Shown here: positions 11,520 to 22,556 of the stretch, one piece after another
Position numbering within the stretch: position 1 is the stretch's first letter
Layout of the letters: each line of letters starts with the position of its first letter
Origin: Octopus bimaculoides
Lineage: Eukaryota
DNA: 36,968 bases
Direction of reading: 5' to 3'
Assembly (NCBI RefSeq): GCF_001194135.2
Contig: NC_068981.1
Coordinates: 54,567,739-54,604,706 of the forward strand
Program-made: the position numbers and the translations under genes
The notes under the pieces: generated by a model
What the model saw: the letters and a program-made list of their open reading frames with translations, nothing else
What the model was told of the DNA's origin: nothing
Databases searched by the model: none

Positions 11520-11625
11520 ATCACCTGATGAGATACATCTGCACCACCGGATGCTCCTGAACCAGTTGTTGAGTGTCCCACGCAAGAGGAATCGATGCTA
11601 GATGTGTCGAAACAATTTTCGTGAT
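11520..11625 (+). ncRNA. Type I hammerhead ribozyme candidate with complete catalytic core and long stem II
   Basis: ATCAC-CTGATGA-GATACATCT..(59 nt)..AGATGTGTC-GAAA-CAATTT-T-C-GTGAT. Stem I ATCAC/GTGAT, 9-bp stem II, GAAA, UC cleavage site at 11619-11620, AATAAA at 11629-11634. Confidence 0.7.
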
Positions 11626-12022
11626 TAATAATAAATTCTTGTATATTCCATCTTCTGTCTTTCATTTGCTATATATATATATATNNNNNNNNNNNNNNNN
11701 NNNNNNNNNNNNNNNNNNNNNNNNNNNNNNNNNNNNNNNNNNNNNNNNNNNNNNNNNNNNNNNNNNNNNNNNNNNNNNNNNNNNNNNNNNNNNNNNNNNN
11801 NNNNNNNNNNNNNNNNNNNNNNNNNNNNNNNNNNNNNNNNNNNNNNNNNNNNNNNNNNNNNNNNNNNNNNNNNNNNNNNNNNNNNNNNNNNNNNNNNNNN
11901 NNNNNNNNNNNNNNNNNNNNNNNNNNNNNNNNNNNNNNNNNNNNNNNNNNNNNNNNNNNNNNNNNNNNNNNNNNNNNNNNNNNNNNNNNNNNNNNNNNNN
12001 NNNNNNNNNNNNNNNNNNNNNN

Positions 12023-12235
12023 GAGCGTGGCCGTTTTCGTGCGGGTGACACGTAAAAGCACCCACTACACTCTCTGAGTGGTTGGCGTTAGGAAGGGCAT
12101 CCAGCTGTAGAAACTCTGCCAAATCAGACTGGAGCCTGGTGTTGCCATCCGGTTTCACCAGTCCTCAGTCAAATCGTCCAACCCATGCTAGCATGGAAAG
12201 CGGACGTTAAACGATGATGATGATGATGATGATGA
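12023..12235 (+). mobile_element. Young retroposon 3' tail emerging from an assembly gap
   Basis: Identical to the other two young copies; (GAT)n tail then (TA)n; the gap at 11685-12022 is preceded by (TA)n. Confidence 0.88.
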
Positions 12236-12349
12236 TATATATATATATGTATATCTTTGTGTATGTGTCACACACACATGCGCGCACGCACACACACACA
12301 CACTCATGCACACACACACAGACTCATATGTGTGTATGTATGCATAAGA

Positions 12350-12630
12350 CAGAACTATTTCACCTCAACTGGTCCTACTCTCTTTAACAACACACCAGAA
12401 CACATAAGAGAAGAAAAAGACTCCCAATATTTAAATGGTTCCTGGATGATTATCTCCAGTGAATTCCAGATAAACCACTTATATATATCTCAATAAACAA
12501 TAACTCCCTACTCAAATGAACTATGGTGCCTATAGAATGACTAATATGAAACATCTTTAAATGTCATTTCCAGGTGGTGCTATTAAGTTAGAAATGGCCT
12601 GGGCCAATGTCGGCCAAAACTTATCTAAGT
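12350..12630 (+). mobile_element. Degenerate 3' end of a CR1/L2-like LINE
   Basis: QNYFTSTGPTLFNNTPEHIREEKD followed by IPDKP and NNSLL-like remnants resembles LINE ORF2 C-termini (recalled, not searched). Confidence 0.45.
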
Positions 12631-13434
12631 ATATGTAAATACATGTATATATAATGTGCTACCACACACTTTCCAGCAAACTAATTACTGGCCAATCACA
12701 AAGTATTGGTCAATCTGAGGTTGTTTGTCCAAGGTAATTTGCAGGGGGATTGAATACAGAGCTATGTGGCTGCAAAGTGGATATCTTAACCACACACAGT
12801 CAGTATCCAAATGAATATCACTACTAATGTTACAAAATTACAGTAATCAAGTAAAAATAACTATTATCCAAAGATGGACAACTTGGAATTATTGATATTA
12901 GGAGAACTATGGATGAATGCATAAACATTTTCTCTGCCATATCATTGTTGCTTGTTTTTGCATTGAAAAAACATGTTTATTTATGACTTACTCTGCATAG
13001 GAAGGATAATACCCATGACACATGTCAGAGCCTCTGAGACAGGTTGTGGTTGTGGTGGTGGTGGTGGTGGGAAGGAAGGTAGCTATCCTCAAATAGAAAA
13101 TCTGGCCTGAATGTTTGCAACAATGTTTATTCTACTAAAGGCACTCAAGGGCCATGTGGTGGCATTAAACCAGGCGACAGGTTAAGTCTACTACTTGATT
13201 TGGTTATGTTAATGCATTCATCATGTTTAAAGAACTTACTCATGTAGGATTGAATAACTTTGAAATCTCTGATATTCTACTATGTTGTAGGTTGATTCTG
13301 AGATTGCTACCAATTCTTAGCTACCTACCTGGGGATTAATTTCTAGTGTCTCAGTCAAGCAAACAATTGTGAATATCAAGATACATATCTGTTAGGTTTC
13401 ATACTTTCTGTGTTGTCATTACACTCATACCCCC

Positions 13435-13436
<2 letters not shown>

Positions 13437-13497
<61 letters not shown>
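13437..13497. repeat. (TTA)n microsatellite
   Basis: About 20 perfect units. Confidence 0.97.
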
Positions 13498-13514
13498 TAT
13501 ACATTACAAAATTC

Positions 13515-13686
13515 TTAACGTCATTTCATCTGTCTTTATATTCTGAGTTCAAATTCTGCTGTGGATGACTTTGCCATTCATCATTTCGAGTTGATAAAAT
13601 GAGTACCAGTTGAGCACTGGTGTTGATGTAACTGACTTGCCCCTCTCCCAAATTTCAGGTCTTGTGCCTACAGTAGAAAGGATTAT
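13515..13686 (+). mobile_element. SINE family A copy, 5'-truncated and diverged
   Basis: TTCTGAGTTCAAATTCTGC..GACTTTGCC.TTCATC..GATAAAAT.AGTACCAGTTG..CTTGTGCCTA.AGTAGAAAGGATTATT aligns to 33880-34100. Confidence 0.75.
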
Positions 13687-13764
13687 TTTATAAATACATA
13701 TTATATAAAGTAATGTGAATTAAGGTACATGACAATAAATCAAGGCATATATATTAAAATGTAT

Positions 13765-14100
13765 ATTCTGATGAGTATGTAATTTGTTTGGTTTATGTCC
13801 ACCTGAGTGGTAGGTGATTAGGTGGCTGGCCATTGTTGCAGAAGTTAGTCTTGGAAATGGTTAAGTCACTTGTGTCATAAAACTTTAGAAGCCTTGATCC
13901 CTCATCATTTCACCAACCATATCATAGCCTCCAGTTATGCCTTAAAGGCAATTATGGTGTTGTCCAACAGGTCTGTTACTGTCTCCTGCTGTAATAATGA
14001 GGTCACTGTCATTTGTTATCATGGTAATTTGCAAGAGAGACTCATGAAAGCAATTCTGCCATGATTGTGGTACATATGTAGAACTATATGCCTTAATGTA
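13765..14100 (-). mobile_element. Old RTE-clade LINE AP-endonuclease fragment
   Basis: Minus-strand pieces TNDSDLIITAGDSNRPVGQH (GDFN motif decayed), NDEGSRLLKFYDTSDLTISKTNF, ASHLITYHSGGH and YILIR, with frameshifts and stops. Confidence 0.75.
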
Positions 14101-14680
14101 TTGGACAGTTCATAGTGAACCAAGACAGTTCTTGTCCCCAATCTTCATTACTCTCACTCTAACACTGCCCTTTCTGTTATTCTCTTTCTTACCATCCTCT
14201 CACAATAACCTTTTCCATCCATCATGGGGACTCTCATTTTACATGCAGCAAGGTGACCCCAACACTGCTGGTGGTACAAAAAGCAATCAGTACATTCTGC
14301 AAGTGATTGATAACTCATCTGAGCAGCAATAATGCAGAGCTTGAGAGGGATATTTACTCTTGATGCTGGCAAGGTGACATCTTTAGTGCTGGTGTCATGA
14401 AAAAAACTAACATGAACCACTTTACTCTGTAAAGTGGTTTGTGTTAGGAAGGACAACCAAAACTGTAGAAACCATGCCAAAATGGGACACTGGAGCAAGA
14501 CATGATCTGCCAATGCTTTAAATCTTGTTAAACCACACTACTATGGAAAATGGGCTTAGAATAATGATAGTGACAATGATATGTACACACACACATACAT
14601 GTATACATTATACATACATACATACATACATACACATATATGTGTGTGTGTGTGGTGTGTGTGTATATATATGTGTGTGT

Positions 14681-14878
14681 ATGTATATATGTATATACAT
14701 ATATACACACACATATGTATACAAACATATATGTATGTCATCATCATCATCGTTTAACGTCCGCTACCCATGCTAGCATGGAAAGCGGACGTTAAACGAT
14801 GATGTTGATGATGATGATGACATACATATATGTTTGTATACATTTGTGTGTGTATATATGTATATACATATATACATA
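14681..14878. repeat. Fold-back inverted duplication centred on the CCATGCTAGCATGG palindrome of a retroposon tail
   Basis: CGTTTAACGTCCGCT (14751-14765) is the reverse complement of AGCGGACGTTAAACG (14784-14798). The flanking ~60 nt (ATGTATATAT..ACAAACATATATGTATGTCA) is also mirrored, with one mismatch. Confidence 0.9.
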
Positions 14879-15081
14879 TGTATACATAGATATATATATA
14901 TACCAACACACATACATATATATATATATACATAAATATATACATATACATACTTATATAAATGCAAAAATACAATAGATATGTGGTCTTCTGACCCATG
15001 TAGGAGAACAGCAACTTCAAATAAGAAGTAACTTGCATGAAAAGTGGGCATAAAAGAACGAGGATGATGAGGACGATGATG

Positions 15082-15124
<43 letters not shown>

Positions 15125-15429
15125 GCACCCACACACACACACACACACAAAGAAAGTAATCAATTTTGTCTGTAATCTTTAGCATTCTGAGACTAATATC
15201 TTCAGTAATATACTTCATCTCATCTTTAATACCAGTATATTTAGAAACAGTGAAATAAGAGACTGTTGAGCTATATTACATGTTGTTGTCGACCAGCAGA
15301 TGAGATAGTATGCAGTGTGTACCATCAGCTGCCTTGCATATGTTTGTTAAGTATTCAGTAGCCATAAACCACTTTCAAGCAGCAATCCGTTTATTTAGTT
15401 AGCAGTCTTTTGTAAATGATTCTGTATCA

Positions 15430-15915
15430 TGTACTTCCTTCAAGAAGACAGATTCTATACAGAGTCTCATATTTCAACATTGTGTATGCTATTTTACATA
15501 TCATTGTTGTAATATCAAAGTTTACAGCAAAAACAACACCCACATTGTGTATTTATAAAATTAAGCATTGTACATATTACAATATATTCCTCCATGAAAA
15601 CAGATTCTATGAAGGTTCTCATATTTCAACACTGTACACTATTTAACAACTCTTATTTTGATAACAAAGTTTACACTTACGTGTCAGAAGCAAAATCAAT
15701 ATCCACATTATGTATTTACTAATTACATATTATACATACTACCATACTACAACATATTCCTCCAAGAAAACAAATTCTAAGAAGATTCTCATCTTTCAAC
15801 ATTTTGTACACGTATCTTTGTTTTGTTAATAAAATTTACAGTAATGGATCAAAGCAAAGTCAACAAGACATGATATATTAATTAATTATATATTGTGTAC
15901 ATTTCAATATATTTT
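15430..15915. repeat. Diverged ~150-170-bp tandem repeat, about 3 units
   Basis: Unit starts TTCCT(T/C)CA(A/T)GAA(G/A)ACA(G/A)ATTCTA near 15436, 15587 and 15757, each followed by CTCAT.TTTCAACA and AAA(G/A)TTTACA. Confidence 0.8.
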
Positions 15916-16456
15916 CAATGTACACATTACAAATTATACGTGTTTATTATTTTGCATTAAATATTTAAGACAAAATATCAGGTTTCATGTTTGTGTTATG
16001 ACTGAGAAAGAGCTGATGAGATTTTATATTCGATGAAAGGAAATCTATACAGGATGTTACAGATAATGCATAATTGATAATAGTATATTATAAATAACAG
16101 GATGGCTACTGTCAAATGACTAAAACTGGTAAAATAATAAAACCATCGAAAAAAAAAACATATGTAAGAAAGCACCTGGTGGGAGATATTTAATAAATAA
16201 CAACAAGCAATATGTGATATCTGAAGTGTACTTAGCAGGCAAGTAAGTTGATCCAAGACTGTGTGTTGAAACTAAAATACATACATACATGGAAGGCATA
16301 CATGAAAGACACAAAAAATTTAACACCAAATAATGTTTAAGTGAAGTTAACAGTCTTGAATGGCTAGCAATATACAATAGGTTGCAGTGATCAATATGTA
16401 ATATGAAGCAGAACATGCTGCACAATAAGCATTATAACCCAAGATGTAATAAACTA

Positions 16457-17230
16457 CAGGCTGTCCATGATAGATTCAAAGATTTGTTATGTCTCCTTTT
16501 TTCAGCTTGATGTATTGGTGAACTGCCATTGGTATTGGAGAACATAAAGATTAAAGTTGTTTGTTGAGAAAAAATTAGCTGGCATGGAGGGTCGGAAGCC
16601 AGCTGAACATTGGAAAAAAAGTAACCTGTATCATGATGATTTGAGCTGGGTATCAAAATGCTGACATCATGACTGCTGCTCCATGCTTTGCGAACACTGT
16701 AAAGATTGTAAGATGTAACGTGGGCAGGTGCAATGGAGACTAGGAAGATATGGCCAGCAGGAACTGTTATGGTTTTTGGGTGTGTCTCCAGTGAGGGGGA
16801 CATTATGCTGCCCACATCTTTGAACAGGGCTTAAGGCTAATTCAGACTACTATGTAAATCTGCTGGAGACTGTGGTCAAACCCTGGATAGAGGGGATTGT
16901 TACTGAAAGACCATATGTGTGGCTGCAGGATTCGACTCCTTGTGATATCCCTGTAAAGAATCAGAAGTGGTTGTCAAAGAATGTCTATGACATCACCGGC
17001 CCCGATTTCTGACCTCTTAATTCCCTCAATTATAGTACCCTGGATTACTATGTGTGGGGTGTGGTTGAGAAAGACACCAATCACTCTGCCTGCAACACTA
17101 AGGCTGAGCTGGTGGCCAAGATCAAGGAGGTGTTCAAAGAGACACAGTAAAGAATGCATGCACCAAGTTCCAGAACTGTCTTGAGGCCATGGTGGAAGCT
17201 GAGGGTAGCTACCTAGAGAAAATTGTTATC
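16457..17230 (+). mobile_element. Internally deleted maT/DD37D-like Tc1-mariner element
   Basis: TA|CAGGCTGTCCATGATA start. N-terminal remnant QNADIMTAAPCFANTVK joined near 16760 to TVMVFGCVSSEGDIM..PHIFEQG..VKPWI..RPYVWLQDSTP..LDYYVWGVVEKDTN..LEAMVEAEG. Confidence 0.82.
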
Positions 17231-17461
17231 TCCCAGTCATAATCTAGTTGATTTTTTTTTTTAATTAAAAAAAAATACTTATATTTTTGAATAGGATCAA
17301 AAGGATTTTGTGTTTTCTTTTCCTTTAATGCAAACTGTTAAATTTAGCCTGAATGCCCTGAGTATAGAACAAAATTTCATAGTAAAAAACAGAGAACAAT
17401 ATGCAATAACCAACAGATAGCATTTTAAATATAAATACATAATAATATATAATATATATAT

Positions 17462-17678
17462 AAGGCGGTGACCAGGCAGAATTGTTAGCATGCTGGGAAA
17501 AATGCTTAGGGGCATTATGTCTGTTTCATGTTCTGGGTTCAAATTCCACCAAGTTTGACTTTGCTTTTCATCCTTTCAGGATTGATAAAATAAGTACCAG
17601 TTGAGAGTTGTGATCAATGTAATCAACTAGCACCCTCCTCCAAAACTGATGGACTTGTTCCAAAATTTGAAACCAATA
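17462..17678 (+). mobile_element. SINE family A copy, CpG-decayed
   Basis: AAGGCGGTGA..GGCAGAATTGTTAGCATGCTGGG..GGTTCAAATTCCACCAAG aligns to 33880-34100. Further minus-strand copies at about 17927-18075, 21519-21700 and 25185-25320. Confidence 0.8.
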
Positions 17679-19478
17679 TGTAATGCATATATGAGAACAA
17701 CTGGTAATAAGCAGCTTAGAACAATATAGATATTTATATAGAAAGACCTGTATTTTTCTCTTTTTCTGATTGAATCCCTTGAATTTGACATGTGTAAAAG
17801 TACTTGACTGCTACTCATTATCTTCTGAATTCATGATTTGCAGGGTATAAATTGCTTTAGGTAATCTAAATAACTTTGAAGGGACTTGAAATCGTATATA
17901 ATGTTGATTTGTTACATAGGCAAATAAGTCACAAATTTTTGAGGAAGAGTATAATTGATCTTATCAAACCTCCATGTTTAACTGCTGCTTATTTTAGTGA
18001 GTCCTAGAAGGTTAAAAGGCAAAATTGAAACTGATAGCATTCAAACTCAGAACATAAAGGTACATAAATAAACACTAGCAGCTATGACATTTGAAGTAAC
18101 AGAAATGATTTTCAAATATCGAAACTTGCCTTTAGCATTTAATTTTGACCATGAATCATGTATAGTGCATATCGGCCAATATGTACATTGACTTGGCAGG
18201 TAACATTACTCAAGAAATTCTTTTCTTGAATAGGTCTAATACCATTATATCTACTCAAAGAAATTCCATTATATCTCTTGAAAGCAAGAAAACATTTGGC
18301 CATGAGCACATTCCTGAAAAGTGACTGAACCATGATGAAGTTCAGACTCTTAGTAATTCTCAATTATTTTTGGTCTATACACCTAGCAAAATTATTTAAG
18401 TTCCTGAGATCTTTTCTCACTTTCAAAATAAATCTTAACAAATCCCATTCTCTTGACTATTCTGTCAGTCAGACTTATGTAGGATTTTTATTTCTGTAGT
18501 CAATAAATATATAATTTCTGTCTTGAATTTTCATTTCCTATGACCACAAAATATCTTCCTAAAATCCTTCTCCAAATATAGTGTTAAAAATTCGTTCTTT
18601 ATACTCTAGAATTGTTAGAGCATCAGATGAAATGACTTGCAGTATTTATTGTGGAAGTGAAGTAAAAAGCAGGTTTCTGTGAAGCCATGCTATAAGTGGC
18701 TGTCAGCCCAAAGGAGTTGAAAGCTAACAAGTAGAATGTACAACAGAAAAAATATGTATGTATGTATGTATGTATGTATGCATGTATCTGTCTTGTCTGT
18801 CTGTCTATATATGATCTCACTACACTTTACAATAAAATACACTTTGGCAATTTACATTTTTAATTGCTTGATTTTCCATACTCATTTCTGTATAACAGTT
18901 TTTTTTTTATATTTTCCATTTTCAAAGTTGTATATTTTTTAGTCCTTCATATTTCTATAGCTTCTTAAGGCACTCACCATTACTGTTCTTCATCTTCTAT
19001 AGCTTTTTGAGGTATTGACCTTTGCAATTTCTAACTACCTATGGGAAATGACCTATTCCTAACACTATTTCTATGTTAAAAGTTATACTCTTTAGAACTT
19101 CTTGCAACCAAAATAGAATACCTAAACATCTATGCAATAACAGCTCATATGTCACCAAGAATTTGGAAACGGAATTTGTCTTCTGACAATTGCTTTGCTT
19201 AAGCTGAGCAGGAAACTTGAAGGAACAATTTGTTAATCTGAATTGCTTATATTATTATCTGTGTGTGTGCGTGTGTGTGCATGCGTATGTATGTGTGTGT
19301 GTGTGTGTGCATGTGTATGTTAGACATTAACTGAATGTGTATAATACCATTTACCAATGAGCTGCAAGACAGACTCTTTTTCCTTAGTTGATGCTTTGCA
19401 GCTTTAACAACAACTATTGCATAAATGAGCAATAATAAATCTCTGAACGAGGTATAAAGAGTAGCTGCACGACAACAG

Positions 19479-19654
19479 GAAGCATATTTGCCACTTAAAT
19501 GTTGACGATGGGAAGGATGACTTCCCTTTGCAAATACCGAGAGGGCACAGAAAGTGTGTCAATAGCCAGCTGGAGGAGATGTTCTCCTGGGGCTACAAGC
19601 TACAGTAGCATTCACCCTTAGGGGTTAGCCGCATTTAAGTGGTAAATATACTTC
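19479..19654. other. Structured element: 23-bp terminal stem enclosing several hairpins (ncRNA-like or MITE-like)
   Basis: GAAGCATATTTGCCACTTAAATG (19479-19501) vs CATTTAAGTGGTAAATATACTTC (19632-19654), 21/23 complementary. Internal helices TTGAC/GTCAA, GGGAAG/CTTCCC, TAGCC/GGCTA, AGGAGA/TCTCCT, GCTA/TAGC, ACCC/GGGT. Confidence 0.55.
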
Positions 19655-20404
19655 ACATTGCATAAATGTCTTTTCAGTTAAATGCAATGTAGAGTCTTGA
19701 CAGTTGGCATTTTATTCAGATGTATGTATCTTCTGACAATCAGTAGAAAGATACTACATCACAATTGGCAGCTATATATTCTTTTAGTTGGTGATAATCT
19801 ATTAACTTACATTGGTTCCTTCTTTGACCATGAAAGGCTAACAAGACTAATCTTAGAAAAACAAACTTGACTACAAGTTAAACTCTTGATTGGATGATTT
19901 ATATCAATTGGGTTTCCTCTCTGTGCGTTTCATTTGAATTTTGCATATTTTATACGATTCTTTTCAAAATACTTAGATGCACTGAGTATATTTTTCTTCA
20001 TTGACTCACTATCAGTTGAATTTTTTCCCAAATTTCCATATGAATATTACTTGTGTTTCAAATCATAATTTCAGCAATCTTTGGATCTTAAGTTTGATTT
20101 GTAAGGGAGACTTTTCCTTGAACTTTGTTCTTTCTACAGCAGATGCTCTTGAATTCTTCTATCTTCTATTTTTCATGTGGACTATATGAGTTACTCATCT
20201 CAGTCTACTACATTGCAAGAGAACTTCCATGCCTGCATTGGCTATCTTCAATATTTCCAAGACTTTCAACATCAGTTACATAGTCTCTCTGTTTTGCTAA
20301 AAATACAATAAAAATACTGCTTAACATATTTTGAATATAATGACCATGTTTTACTGGCATACACAAAAACAGGCAAAATGCATGGTTTTGAAAATAGATA
20401 AAGG

Positions 20405-20695
20405 TGCTGGCATAGCTGTATGGTTAAGAAGCTCTTTGTAACCATGTGGTTTTGGGTTCAGTCCCACTGTATGGCATGTGTGTTCTCACGTTTGTATTTG
20501 TCCCTCTCACTGCTTGAAAACTGGTGTTGGTTTGCTTACATCTCCGTTACCTAGCAGTTTGGCAAAAGATACTGGTAGGATAAGTACTAGATTTAAAAGA
20601 AAAGTACTCGGGTTAATTTGTTCAACAAAACAATTCAGGACAGTTCATCAACATGGCTGCAATTCAATGATAGAAACAAGTAAAAGATAAAAGAT
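20405..20695 (+). mobile_element. SINE family B copy with long tail
   Basis: Head GGCATAGCTGTATGGTTAAGAAGC..GGTTCAGTCCCACTG and tail ending GAAACAAGTAAAAGATAAAAGA. Confidence 0.7.
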
Positions 20696-21059
20696 AGTTA
20701 TTTGTTATATGTTTGAGACCATAGTGGGGATTGAAATTTTCCAAAAGGAATCCATGATTTCTCAATTCTATCTACAATTTTGTAATCAAGAATTGCATTC
20801 CTGTTCAAGGCATGCTTTTCAAACTTTTTACCATATACTATTATTCAAGAATCCACACCAGGCTTTCTATGACAAGGATGATAAGAAGAAATAACAGTTT
20901 TATTAAGAAATATTGTCAGGCCTAATATTTAACATGTGGATAAATTTTATTTTTGAGTGTTTGGAGATCTTTTACTATTTGTGTGACAATGTCACACACA
21001 CACACACACACATATGGATGTATATGTGCATATGTGTATATACATAAATATGTGTGCAT

Positions 21060-21109
21060 GTTTGTATGTATGTTTGTATATTATGATTGCATGTATGTAT
21101 GTATGTATG

Positions 21110-21171
<62 letters not shown>

Positions 21172-21172
21172 T
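21060..21172. repeat. (ATGT)n microsatellite; (GAT)/(GGT)n low-complexity tract follows at 21300-21470
   Basis: Read directly. Confidence 0.9.
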
Positions 21173-22001
21173 GTGTTAAGAAGAACATCAATCTGTGAAA
21201 AACTTAATCGGAATTGTACAGCATATGCTTTCATATGCTGGCATAGTTACAAAAGTGACTGCTGTAGGTGAGCTGATTGCTTTAACATATGTGAAATGAA
21301 ACGATGATAACAATGATGATGATGAGGAGGAGGATCATGATGATGATGATGGTTATGATGATGATGGTGGTGGTGGTGGTGGTGGTGATGATAACAACAA
21401 TAGTGATGGAAGCTGTGGTAGTGGTGGTGGCAGTGTTGATGAAATACATGGTGATGACAACAATGTTGGAAGTAAAAACAGTTATTTTTATATCAATTCA
21501 TCTTATTGAAATATTATTTTCAAATTTTGGCACAAGACCAGCAATTTCTGGGGAGCGGGTAAGTCAATTATATCAGCCCCAGTGCTCAACAGGTACTTAT
21601 TCTATCGATCCTAGAAAGATGAAAGGCAAAGTTGATCTTGGTGGAATTTGAACTCAGAATGTAATGACAGGCAAAATGCTGTTGTACAAATGATTCTGCC
21701 TGGCCACCATCTTTTTGAAATATTAGAAATGAAAAGGAATTGCAAAAATACAGAAAAATCATTCACTATTGAATATTAATTATGATCACTGATATCTGTG
21801 GAAAACATTGCAACTGTTGTGGGGCAGTTGTAGTCAGTTCTCTTTGAAAAGATCTCTAGCAATGGTAAGGAACCACTCACAGATGTAGTTTTTTCACAAT
21901 TCAAATTTGGAACCACTTGTGAACAAAGTCTCCAAAAAATTCATAAAAAAAGAACTTTAAGCTTAAAGACCCAAACAATAATTTAATATAAGTCCCATAC
22001 A

Positions 22002-22345
22002 AGCATGGCTGTGTGGTTAAGAAGCTTTCTTTGCAGCCATATATTTTCAGGCTCAGACCCACTGATTGGCACCTTGGGCAAATGTCTTTTTATATTAGGG
22101 AGAATTTGCAAAAAAAAACAACAGACGAAGACAGGTGGTGTAAACAACAAATGGATGTATTAGTTTAACGCTCGGGAATAGAGAAAGTCTTTGATGTTTT
22201 GAGCCTATGCTCTTCAACTGAAAGGAACACAGAAAGAAACAAGGAGAAAAAAAATATAAATGTAGTGGTCAGCGATCTATCATGGCGAATGGGTTGACTA
22301 ATGCCTTGTGAGTGAATTTGGTTGATGGAAACTGTATGGAGGTGC
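22002..22345 (+). mobile_element. SINE family B split by a ~195-bp nested insertion (about 22096-22290)
   Basis: The head to CCTTGGGCAAATGTCTT (22002-22090) resumes as GGGTTGACTAATGCCTTGTGAGTGAATTTGG at about 22291; these parts are contiguous in the 6605-6820 copy. Confidence 0.75.
22189..22224 (-). ncRNA. Degenerate minimal hammerhead-like motif inside the nested insertion
   Basis: Minus strand CTTT-CAGTTGA-A-GAGC-ATAG-GCTC-AAAA-C-AT-C-AAAG: stem I CTTT/AAAG and GAGC/GCTC stem II as at 779-814; core decayed. Confidence 0.35.
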
Positions 22346-22556
22346 ATTGTGTGTGTGTATGTACAATATAAAGATAGCTGACTGAATCATGTATTAGATA
22401 TGCATTTTAGGAGCAGCCACCAATCAGGTCTGTATTTTGAGTGTACTGCTTCATAATTTAGAATTAGATTTTAGCTCTATTTAAACATCCATCCGTCTTA
22501 TCATTGTGTTCACCCCACCCACACATATAATTATCTATATCTCAATGCAATAAAGT

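Noticed and set aside
11573-12158. Long ORFs spanning 11685-12022 (and similar ones at 32342-32731)
   Set aside because: Open only because N runs contain no stop codons.
12573-12634. Exon-like GGAIKLEMAWANVGQNLSK after a TTTCCAG acceptor
   Set aside because: Lies in what appears to be a LINE 3' UTR continuing from 12350.
16432-16815. 127-aa minus-strand ORF that looks protein-like
   Set aside because: It is the antisense of the maT-like transposon 5' region (TIR at 16457 and transposase stub on the plus strand).
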